Assembly (NCBI GenBank): GCA_030609135.1
Contig: JAUWCU010000003.1
Span: forward strand, 55 to 64,054
Reading direction: 5' to 3'
DNA: 64,000 nt
Source: Candidatus Stahliibacteriota bacterium
GTDB taxonomy: Bacteria; Hydrothermota; Tepidihabitantia; SM23-42
Within the stretch, counting starts at the first letter, position 1. Every line of letters begins with the position of its first letter. The notes beneath the pieces were generated by a model that saw only the letters and a list, made by a program, of their open reading frames with translations, did not search any database and was not told the DNA's origin. Made by a program: the position numbers and the translations under genes. This document shows positions 1 through 8,440 of this stretch, in pieces.

Positions 1-2372
1 GTAGCCGTATACGGGAACCCCGAATGATATGAGATTATGAAATCTGTGGAAAAATCCCTTAGTGGACTGAGATAGAAATCATCAGGGAGCATAATTCCAA
101 CGCTTGAATTTACAATGTGTCGTTCATCAAAATCCAACCAGTAATCAATCCGTGGTAAGGCGTATTCACCAGATATTGGATCCGGACCTCCAACATAAAC
201 ATCATAATAATGCTGCCAGGCATAAGAAGCAGTACCTTTGGCAAATTGCAATGTATAGGACAAATCAAAACGCCAGTAATCCAACATCTTTTTCTTGATA
301 GTAAATTCAATACCTTTTACATTACCGTAGTCAACATTCGTAACCTGATAATAAGGATAAGGCTGGGACAGTACCCTACGTGTTTGAATGAGGTCGTAGA
401 TATCTTTGTAATAAGCAACAAAACCAAAGGCAAAAGCATCAGATATTTGATTCTCATAACCCAATTCATAGGCAATTGTTTTTTCAACTGTAAGGTCAGG
501 ATTGCCAAGGACTGAGTTATATCTATGGAGAAGTAACCAGACAACGACCGGATTGGTTGAACGATAGAGGTTGTGTGCTGTGGGGGTTTGAAAGAAATGC
601 CCATAATTGAACCGTAACTTTGATCTCTCGGTAATAGGCATTGAAAATCCGAGACGGGGAGAAAAACGCCATTTAGCTGGGTATTGAACCATGGTTGTGT
701 CATCCATGTCTGAAGGGTTGTTCAAACCACTTGCCTTTGAATCGAAATAGTCGTAGCGAAGACCGATTCGACAAATAATACCTTCAAAATCTACCCTGTC
801 CTGTAAATAGACGGCTATTTTCAAAGGGTTTTTTTCATAAATGTCCCAGAAAGGGATTCTTGCCCAGGGCAGGTTATTGTCAAACCAGCCCACATTTTGA
901 GACATCAGGCTAACCCCGGATTTAACTTCGTGTATTTTAGCGATTGATTTTGTGATAGAAAAAACTCCTTGATAATCACGGTTATATAAATACCTCCAGA
1001 GCCTATTATCGCCTACAGTATAATAAAAACCGGTTGCTCCAAACGGGTTATTTCTTAAACTTGCAGCATTACGCTTACTCCATTCCTCGTAATAATTCAT
1101 CATGGAATCAACAAGATAAAGTTTTATCAAGGAATCATCTTCCATTTCCATTAACAGTTCAGGAAAGTGGTTGGCTTTAAAAATGTAGTCATCATACCAT
1201 TGCCTGTTCGCAGCTGCTTCTGCTTCGAGATCTCTTACTGCGTAAAACCGGATTGATTTTGTGTAACCCAGTTTCGATTCCAAAACAGTATTCTTTGTTA
1301 ACATATAATTAAACGTCACACTGGCGAGATAATTCTTCAGAGTTTCCGCCGTATTACGTTCAAGATTGTATATGAAGCTGAGATTACCCCAGATGTCTTT
1401 GTAGTGTGCGAACTGTTCACGGGAATAGAATCCGGAAAGAGTAACCTTGCCTTTTGCACCGGGCAGACGATAAGATACTTTTCCACCTAACTTGTAATCA
1501 AACCTTTCAGATTGAATTTTATATTTTGCTGCTTCAAACGCATCAGTTATCAGTGCTTCACCCGAGATAAAATATCTAAAACGGGATTTCTCCAATGCTC
1601 CACCCCCGAGGCTTATCTCATAAAGATTGTATCCATAATTTATTTTATCCGAAGCAAAGACCTCGTCGGTAGTATAACGGAATCTGCCACTTGGTTTCGC
1701 AGAGCCTTCACGCGTTATGATGCTAACGATTCCGGATAGAGCTTCACCGTATTCTGCGTCAAAGCCCCCCGTGGTTATTGCAATTTCTTCAACCGCTTGT
1801 TTATTTATTTTCACTGACTGATGACCATAATGCGGTGCTTTAGTGAGTATTCCATCAACATAATAGGCGATTTCTGTATCCCGACCGCCCCGGACATGAA
1901 TTCCTCTTTCACTGGTTGATACACCTGCCTGCAGGGTGATAATTTCGTTAATATCGCTTATCGGCATCATGTCAATATCGTCACCCGTTATGGTCCTCTG
2001 GGTCTGCGTCTGGGTTTTAATAACCAAGGGTCTTTCCGCGTTAACAACTATTGGTTCCATGGTAATTACTGCGGGGCTCAGCGTAAAATTAACAAAAACT
2101 GTCTGGTCGGAAAAAACAATGGTGTTGGATTTCGACACCGTGTTATAACCCAAATAAGACGCGGTTATTGTATGCATACCCACTGGGACAAAAGGTACGA
2201 TGAATTCGCCCTCCAGATCAGTGGCAGCACCCAATTCTGTTTTTTCAATTACGACGTTCACCCCAACTAAGGCTTCGCCATCTTCATCAATTACTTTTCC
2301 TTTTACTTGTCCTGTATTCGATGCTATTACAAAAGAGAAGATTACACAAACCGCGATAAAACATCTCTTCAT
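1..2372 (-). CDS. TonB-dependent outer-membrane receptor, partial (C-terminal part lies beyond the window start); N-terminal carboxypeptidase-regulatory-like domain followed by a TonB plug
   Basis: Manual translation of the minus strand from the ATG at 2372 (RBS GGAGG upstream) gives MKRCFIAVCVIFSFVIASNTGQVKGKVIDEDGEALVGVNVVIEKTELGAATDLEGEF...TITGDDIDMMPISDINEIITLQAGV...IHVRGGRDTEIAYYVDGI. This shows a signal peptide, a CarbopepD_reg-like domain and a TonB plug. The ORF runs off the window, which is why it is absent from the ORF track. Confidence 0.6.
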   Translation of the reverse strand, partial: MKRCFIAVCVIFSFVIASNTGQVKGKVIDEDGEALVGVNVVIEKTELGAATDLEGEFIVPFVPVGMHTITASYLGYNTVSKSNTIVFSDQTVFVNFTLSPAVITMEPIVVNAERPLVIKTQTQTQRTITGDDIDMMPISDINEIITLQAGVSTSERGIHVRGGRDTEIAYYVDGILTKAPHYGHQSVKINKQAVEEIAITTGGFDAEYGEALSGIVSIITREGSAKPSGRFRYTTDEVFASDKINYGYNLYEISLGGGALEKSRFRYFISGEALITDAFEAAKYKIQSERFDYKLGGKVSYRLPGAKGKVTLSGFYSREQFAHYKDIWGNLSFIYNLERNTAETLKNYLASVTFNYMLTKNTVLESKLGYTKSIRFYAVRDLEAEAAANRQWYDDYIFKANHFPELLMEMEDDSLIKLYLVDSMMNYYEEWSKRNAASLRNNPFGATGFYYTVGDNRLWRYLYNRDYQGVFSITKSIAKIHEVKSGVSLMSQNVGWFDNNLPWARIPFWDIYEKNPLKIAVYLQDRVDFEGIICRIGLRYDYFDSKASGLNNPSDMDDTTMVQYPAKWRFSPRLGFSMPITERSKLRFNYGHFFQTPTAHNLYRSTNPVVVWLLLHRYNSVLGNPDLTVEKTIAYELGYENQISDAFAFGFVAYYKDIYDLIQTRRVLSQPYPYYQVTNVDYGNVKGIEFTIKKKMLDYWRFDLSYTLQFAKGTASYAWQHYYDVYVGGPDPISGEYALPRIDYWLDFDERHIVNSSVGIMLPDDFYLSPLRDFSTDFIISYHSGFPYTA

Positions 2373-2838
2373 ACTTACCTCCAATTATAAATATATTAAC
2401 AAAAAATATACTTAAGTCAAGACCCAATAATCAAACGACCGAGAATTAAAAGTAGGGCATTTAAGCCCAGTATATCTCGAAGTTTTGAAGATGTGAGGCT
2501 CAGAACCTCTGAACAGATTGTTTAATAGCTGTAGTTGTCCAATTCATTGGACTGCCCGATAAATCCCGCAATCCTATTTATAGAATCTTGATACGAAACG
2601 GGATAAATCCCGCAATTCTATTTATAAAATCTTAATACGAAGCGGGATAAATCATCTGTCTGCCTCAGGCTGAGGCGACTACAATTGATTGAATCATAAG
2701 TGATTGGAAGTCACGCTGGCGCTGTGATTGTTAAAAAGGGAGAGGGAAAAAGCCTGCTCTGAACCTTGTGCTGAATATCATTTCAGTATTGTTTCAGAGG
2801 TGAGGGATAAAGATGTGTTCAAGTTTCTGTTATTAGTA

Positions 2839-2866
2839 TTGACATAAGAGAAGCGCTAATTATAAT
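2839..2866 (+). promoter_or_regulatory. sigma70-type promoter (TTGACA-16-TATAAT), 14 nt upstream of the ATG at 2881 with no SD sequence; near-leaderless
   Basis: TTGACA at 2839-2844, a 16-nt spacer, TATAAT at 2861-2866. The same upstream module gggataaagatgtgtNcaag also precedes the tRNA-Glu promoter. Confidence 0.5.
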
Positions 2867-2880
2867 CATTATACGGTCAT

Positions 2881-5451
2881 ATGAATTATCATATTATTTT
2901 AGTGCTTTTCATAAATAATCTTTCATTTATCCCTGGTATTAACGATACAATTACAATACACCAGTGGCAATATCTGGGTCCTTTTTCAATGGGGATGCGT
3001 GAGGGGATCATCGGCGTCGAGGAAAATATTAGACTTCTTGAGGATTTTGAGCCAGATAAAAGGTCGATATATCCAAGTCTTCTCGTGCAGGGCGGCAAAG
3101 TCATGTGGCGAACAATAGAATCTGCTAATGGAATAGTTAAGATCGAATATGAAAATGTCTTATGGGATAGTATTCAGGATTATTATGGTGCTGCCGGAGT
3201 TCTCTGCGGCGCTTATGCCTACGGTGATTTTAGTAGCGGCAGCACAAGGAGAGCATTGGTTATTGCACAAGATGTTTCTTCCTTCATCTTGAACGGCGTG
3301 AAATTCCCGGGTGATCCCTATAGCAATGGATTTTTGCAGGTCCCGGTTGTTCTAAACGAGGGAAAGAACAGAGTAATAGTCAAACTCAGCGGGTTTGGGG
3401 ACCATGAATTCACATTTAAACTCATCCCCGTACCAGGTCCTTTAATGTTGATAACCAAAGATATTACTACACCGGATTTTTTAAGGGGTGAACCGGTATG
3501 TGCCTGGGCAGGGATACCGATTGTCAATGCGACAAATCAGAGACTCTTTGATATTCAACTTAAAATAGAAGGCGTGAACATTAAAACAGACATTCAAACG
3601 GTTGCTAATATAATGCCTTTTTCAGCGGTTAAGATACCATTGAACATCGAATCAGAAGATAAAATAGAGACAGAAGAGGATAGCATTCTGATAACTATAA
3701 CGGCTTCCTTTGACACTTTTTCTACACAAGAAGATTTCTGGATCAAAGTGAAGCATAGAGATGAAGCATATGTTAAGACCTTTGTCTCTAATATAGATAA
3801 TTCATGCCAATACTATGCGATTCTGCCACCAGAAAACTATAATGAAGATTCATCTTATGCCCTCATAATGACTTGTCATGGAGCCAGTGTTAAGGCAAGA
3901 GGTCAGGTGAAAGCCTATACACAGAAGGATTGGGCTTTTGTCGTTGCGCCGACTAATCGCCGCAGGTTTGGTTTTGACTGGCAGGATTGGGGTAGACTCG
4001 ATTTTCTTGAGGTTCTGGAAGATGTTAAGAAGAATTTCAAGATTGATACAAATAGAATCTATCTTACTGGACATTCTATGGGTGGCCATGGTGCCTGGCA
4101 TATCGGCATAACCCATCCAGATATCTTCGCGGCAATGGCACCTTCTGCTGGATGGACCAGCTTTCAACTCTATGTCCCGTGGTTTCTTCAAAAAAGTGAG
4201 CTCTTTGCGCATCCTGATCTGATAAAGTATCGCGATATGGTATTGCGACAAGACAATCCGCTTTTATTCCTGGAAAACGCATATAATCTGCCGATCTATA
4301 TCTTGCAAGGCGGAACTGATGACAATGTGCCTCCAATCCAGGCAAGAATGTTCTGCAAATATCTGACCAATCTTGGCTATGATTATATATACAACGAGCT
4401 TGAGGGCAAAGGTCACTGGTGGAATATAGATTCCACGCCAGGTACTGACTGTGTGGATTTAAAAGAAATGATGGATTTTCTGAAAACCAAGGTGCGCAAC
4501 CCCTACCCTGAACGTATAATCTTCAAAACCTCAGATGTTGACTGTTCAAATAAGGCATACTGGGTGAGGATCGATGAACTTGAAAATCTATACCAGGATG
4601 GGATAATAGATATTTGGAAAACTGGAATGATAGGAGATCACACCGTGTTTTCAGTGGGACCACGCATTGGGTTCTTGGTGAAAACGAGCAACATAAACGG
4701 ATTCACCGTAGTATTAAATGATAAGGTTATTCCTAAAAGCATGCTAGGTGGAAAAATATGGTTTGAAATTAATGGTCAAAAAATTGCCTTCGACTATAAA
4801 GAAATAAGCGAAATTTCCTTCCACAAAAACAATGTGGGATTTGAAATCGTCAAACCGAAAGACCAAGGCTTGAAAAAACAGAAAAGGTTTTATGGACCTA
4901 TAAAAAAGGCATATTTTGAGCCTTTTGTTCTTGTCTATGGCACAACTGGAGATTCGGTTTCGACCGAGAACAACCTTCACCAAGCACGATTACAGTCTTA
5001 TACCTGGTGGTATCGGGCAAATGGATTTGTTGAGATACTGCCTGACACTGAAGTTACCGAAAAAATTATCAAAAACTATAACCTTGTTCTCTTTGGGAAT
5101 CCTGTAACTAACTCCATTCTCAAGTGGATTAGCTACAGATTACCTCTTCATATTGAAGAAGGTAGAGTGATTGTTGATAGAGATACAATAAGGGGGGATC
5201 TCTGTCTTGTAGAAATATATCCCAACCCTCTAAACCCTGAAAAATTCGTATTATTATATTCAGCAACTACAAAACCCGCAGAGAAATTAATCGGTCTATT
5301 TTCCACACTTTATGCAGGTGCCGGTTTACCTGATTTTCTTGTTTATGATAAATCAGCGCTTAAATACGGATGGGGTGGTGTAAACGCAGCCGGTTTTTTT
5401 GACAAAGACTGGAAATTTGATAGTAAATTGAGTTACTACTCAGAACCTTAA
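2881..5451 (+). CDS. secreted multidomain alpha/beta-hydrolase (S9 prolyl-oligopeptidase / dienelactone-hydrolase-like serine hydrolase)
   Basis: 856-aa ORF with a hydrophobic N-terminus and a GHSMGG nucleophile elbow (GxSxG) within a typical alpha/beta-hydrolase core (YLTGHSMGGHGAW...ILQGGTDDNVP...GHWW). Confidence 0.6.
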   Translation: MNYHIILVLFINNLSFIPGINDTITIHQWQYLGPFSMGMREGIIGVEENIRLLEDFEPDKRSIYPSLLVQGGKVMWRTIESANGIVKIEYENVLWDSIQDYYGAAGVLCGAYAYGDFSSGSTRRALVIAQDVSSFILNGVKFPGDPYSNGFLQVPVVLNEGKNRVIVKLSGFGDHEFTFKLIPVPGPLMLITKDITTPDFLRGEPVCAWAGIPIVNATNQRLFDIQLKIEGVNIKTDIQTVANIMPFSAVKIPLNIESEDKIETEEDSILITITASFDTFSTQEDFWIKVKHRDEAYVKTFVSNIDNSCQYYAILPPENYNEDSSYALIMTCHGASVKARGQVKAYTQKDWAFVVAPTNRRRFGFDWQDWGRLDFLEVLEDVKKNFKIDTNRIYLTGHSMGGHGAWHIGITHPDIFAAMAPSAGWTSFQLYVPWFLQKSELFAHPDLIKYRDMVLRQDNPLLFLENAYNLPIYILQGGTDDNVPPIQARMFCKYLTNLGYDYIYNELEGKGHWWNIDSTPGTDCVDLKEMMDFLKTKVRNPYPERIIFKTSDVDCSNKAYWVRIDELENLYQDGIIDIWKTGMIGDHTVFSVGPRIGFLVKTSNINGFTVVLNDKVIPKSMLGGKIWFEINGQKIAFDYKEISEISFHKNNVGFEIVKPKDQGLKKQKRFYGPIKKAYFEPFVLVYGTTGDSVSTENNLHQARLQSYTWWYRANGFVEILPDTEVTEKIIKNYNLVLFGNPVTNSILKWISYRLPLHIEEGRVIVDRDTIRGDLCLVEIYPNPLNPEKFVLLYSATTKPAEKLIGLFSTLYAGAGLPDFLVYDKSALKYGWGGVNAAGFFDKDWKFDSKLSYYSEP

Positions 5452-5645
5452 ATAGTTTAATTTGATAGTTCTCCATAGCTTGCTACAGAGTTTCTTCTGT
5501 CATTCCCTGGCTTGACCAGGGAATCCAGGAAAATAAGGAAATACAAAAGACTGGATTCCGCCTCAGGTGCGGAATGACGACATACATTGAGCAGTATTTG
5601 ATTAAACTATTTAATGTTCTCCGTAATATATTGAGGATTGAGCAT

Positions 5646-6902
5646 TTACACCAATTCTATCCCCTTCTGTTCCTTTCTGAAAAATGCAAATATTATTACT
5701 GTCGAAATCAAATAAAGTACGCTTGTCGATAAAAAGGGTATTGTGTAAGAAAAGCGCTCAATGAGAAACCCACCCACACTGGCACTAGCTCCCCACCCTG
5801 CGGTCCAGGCTATGACAAGTAAAGCATTGGTAAAAGCTTGTTCATCGTGTTTGACTTTTTCCATTGCAAAGTTGGTGAATAAAGGCTGGGCCATATTCAT
5901 TAGCGCCGCCCTAACAAGGAATGCTATAATAGCTAAGATAAAATTAGTTGTTAGCCCCAGAACTACTAAAAAGGGTATTGATACTAATTGTGAAACGACA
6001 ACGGTTCTTATCTTTCCAATTCTTTCTGCAATGACCGGCGCAATCAGCAAGCCTGTTATCATTAGTAATTGTTGGCCGCTATAGAGTATGCCGATGTAGC
6101 TGGTTCCGGTCTGGAATACGTTCTTAAAATAAAGATTTAGAAAAGGGATACTTAAACCTGCTCCAATGCCGACGACCAAGCCAGGCAAAAATAATTTTAG
6201 AATAAGTCGCCACGAATGAATTTTCATTTTCTCTACTTTGCCAACAGGTTTTTCTTTAATCATTGAATAGGGTAATAGTGCGATCAACACCAAACAGGCA
6301 AAAATATACAATGTGTATCTGTATGCAAGATAGGGTACAGTACCGGTTTGTTCAATAATACCTGGAAGAAAACCAGCTAAGAGACTACCGATGATACCGG
6401 CAACGAGCATGAGCGCGAACTGCATGCTGAACAGATAAGGTCTTTCTTTTTGGGTGCTATTGCGCATGAAAAATGGTGCGGAGGCAACCCTTGAGAAAAC
6501 CGCAGCTAAACCAGCCATAAACCCACCGGCGATAATCAAATGATATGTTGATACACTTACCTGGATTAGGTAGGAGAATGTTGCAATCGGTGTGGCAATT
6601 AAGAGGATACGTTTTATTGGAACCCTTCTAATCAATACTGAAGCAGGTAATGCCATTATAAGCGTACCCAGCGTTGTTGCAGTTATTATGTTGCCGATTC
6701 GACTTTCCAGAAAGCCCATTTCTTTAAGGTAGAGGTTGAAAAGCAACATAAAACCAGAAAACCCCATACCCATAAAGAATGTCCCGATAAGGAATAATCG
6801 GGCATTTATTGAAAACAAACCTAGGTTATTTAGGTAATTGGAAATACCCCTTACTTTTGCGGAGCTGGTTTTGTTCTTTGGTCGGAACTCTTGGCTCGTC
6901 AA
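5646..6902 (-). CDS. MFS transporter
   Basis: 418 aa with about 12 predicted hydrophobic helices and an MFS-like glycine/arginine-rich inter-helix loop pattern. Confidence 0.65.
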   Translation of the reverse strand: MTSQEFRPKNKTSSAKVRGISNYLNNLGLFSINARLFLIGTFFMGMGFSGFMLLFNLYLKEMGFLESRIGNIITATTLGTLIMALPASVLIRRVPIKRILLIATPIATFSYLIQVSVSTYHLIIAGGFMAGLAAVFSRVASAPFFMRNSTQKERPYLFSMQFALMLVAGIIGSLLAGFLPGIIEQTGTVPYLAYRYTLYIFACLVLIALLPYSMIKEKPVGKVEKMKIHSWRLILKLFLPGLVVGIGAGLSIPFLNLYFKNVFQTGTSYIGILYSGQQLLMITGLLIAPVIAERIGKIRTVVVSQLVSIPFLVVLGLTTNFILAIIAFLVRAALMNMAQPLFTNFAMEKVKHDEQAFTNALLVIAWTAGWGASASVGGFLIERFSYTIPFLSTSVLYLISTVIIFAFFRKEQKGIELV

Positions 6903-7669
6903 AGTTTTTTAATCACTATTTCAGCGACTTTTTTACCCGACAATAGCATGCCGCCAAAAATAGGACCCATCCTTGGTCCACCAAATACGGCATTTGCTGC
7001 CATGCCAGTGACATATAAATTTGGAAAAACCTCCTTGGTATTTTGCATAGTTAATTGTTCAGCAACCTCTGCCCACATGGACTTTTCACCCTCGATTTTT
7101 CCTGAAGGTGTGAGCAGTTTACCGCCACTTTTCCTTTCGACAATATGAGCTATCTCGCACGGGTGACCAGTTGCATCGATCACTATCTTGGACTTGAAAG
7201 ATAATGGGTCAATATGCAGTTTTGCTAATTCAACGCTTGACCAGTTGATTACGACTCCGTTCACGCTATTCTCACGCACGATTACATCTTCTATGGATAG
7301 TAAATTGTAGATTCTCAAACCTGCCTTTATTGCTTTGTCAGTGAGACATGCGGTTGTCTCTAATGAGTTGGCAACGTAGTAGCCGGGCTGGTATTCATGA
7401 TAACCAATGCCGAATTCATCGAGCAAATGTTTTGCTTCATCTTGTACAACGATTCGATTGAACATGATACCGCCGCCTGGTAAACCACCACCAAGCTTGA
7501 GTCCCCGCTCAAAAAGTAGGGTTTTGTACCCTTTTTGCGCTAGATAATACCCGGCACAGAGTCCAGACGGTCCAGCACCACCGATTATGACATCGCTTTC
7601 AACTGAGCTGAGCAATTCCTTGAGATAGGTTTCGATTATCGCTTTTGTAATGACCGTTTCTTCGATCAT
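6899..7669 (-). CDS. thi4: Thi4-family thiazole biosynthesis enzyme (sulfide-dependent thiazole synthase)
   Basis: 256 aa with an N-terminal GAGPSGL FAD/NAD dinucleotide fold, and length and motifs (ATGHP, GMAANA) typical of Thi4/THI1. It overlaps the upstream and downstream genes by 4 bp, consistent with an operon. Confidence 0.65.
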   Translation of the reverse strand: MIEETVITKAIIETYLKELLSSVESDVIIGGAGPSGLCAGYYLAQKGYKTLLFERGLKLGGGLPGGGIMFNRIVVQDEAKHLLDEFGIGYHEYQPGYYVANSLETTACLTDKAIKAGLRIYNLLSIEDVIVRENSVNGVVINWSSVELAKLHIDPLSFKSKIVIDATGHPCEIAHIVERKSGGKLLTPSGKIEGEKSMWAEVAEQLTMQNTKEVFPNLYVTGMAANAVFGGPRMGPIFGGMLLSGKKVAEIVIKKL

Positions 7670-8169
7670 TTCAAGACCCCGAACCTTGCTCCTATAGAAA
7701 GTCGGAATGTTACATCAGTGTCGCCGTTATCAGTAATAATCACACCGGGTTCGACAAAAAGATTAGTTGCCCGGCTCCATGGATAGGTTAAACCTAAGCC
7801 GCCGCGGATTGAGAAAAGTGTGACTGAACCACCATTACCTATCATATTAAACCCAAAACCAGCATGTACGTAGGGTTGCGGACCCCGCATCGGGAAATAA
7901 ATAAGTGCATCAAGAGAGTTGCCAAAATTCAAGTAGAATTGTGTGTAATTACCAAAACTGAGTTCTGTAAGACCAAAACGAAAACTTACTGTTTTCAAGG
8001 GGTTGAATATAACATCACAGCCGAGTCCAAAACGCACACTGCCAATATAAAGACTAACCTTTGGTTCAACCTCAACCAATGATCTGTAGCGTTTGGCATC
8101 CGCTGCCACAACAAAGAGCAGTATTGCACCAATGATAAGAATCTTCTTCATACATCCTCCTTTTTTCAT
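7666..8169 (-). CDS. small outer-membrane beta-barrel protein (OmpW/opacity-like) with signal peptide
   Basis: 167 aa with a signal peptide ([19 protein letters not shown]), an alternating hydrophobic beta-strand pattern and a C-terminal aromatic residue. Confidence 0.5.
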   Translation of the reverse strand: MKKGGCMKKILIIGAILLFVVAADAKRYRSLVEVEPKVSLYIGSVRFGLGCDVIFNPLKTVSFRFGLTELSFGNYTQFYLNFGNSLDALIYFPMRGPQPYVHAGFGFNMIGNGGSVTLFSIRGGLGLTYPWSRATNLFVEPGVIITDNGDTDVTFRLSIGARFGVLK

Positions 8170-8222
8170 TATGTAATTCTATATACATTTAGTTAAATTT
8201 CAAGGGTTATTTATCCGCACTT

Positions 8223-8440
8223 TGTAGTTGCTCGATTCATCGAGCATTGCCTGATAAATCAGGGGACTACATTATGCCTGATTCAGCGTGGGCTTGAGCG
8301 TGGAAAGTGTAGTTGCTCGATTTGCCCATACTTTGTAGTTGCCCAATTTATTGGGCTTATGGCCATGTTCATGTCCGATAAATCCCGCAATTCTATTTAT
8401 AGAATTATAATACGAAGCGGGATAAATCGGAGAACTACTC
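8223..8440. repeat. cluster of REP-like palindromic elements: three TGTAGTTG-hairpin units plus one GATAAATCCCGC...GCGGGATAAATC unit
   Basis: 8223-8271 reads TGTAGTTG[CTCGATTCATCGAG]CATTG[CCTGATAAATCAGG]GGACTACA. There are further GTAGTTG hairpins at 8308 and 8334, and an A-type element at 8376-8430. Related copies occur at 2530, 32213, 36515 and 36815. Confidence 0.7.

Noticed and set aside
2556-2660. Possible CRISPR array (tandem GATAAATCCCGC...GCGGGATAAAT units here, with similar units elsewhere)
   Set aside because: There are only two adjacent copies with no regular repeat-spacer periodicity. Other copies are dispersed singly, no cas genes are present, and the units are palindromic REP-like elements.
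3850-4345. 133-aa and 89-aa minus-strand ORFs inside the S9 hydrolase gene
   Set aside because: They are antisense to a strongly supported 856-aa CDS, and are typical shadow ORFs.
8170-8434. TPP riboswitch upstream of the OMP-thi4-MFS operon
   Set aside because: The leader contains only REP-type hairpins. There is no CTGAGA / ACCTGATCTGGATAATGCCAGCG-like TPP aptamer core.
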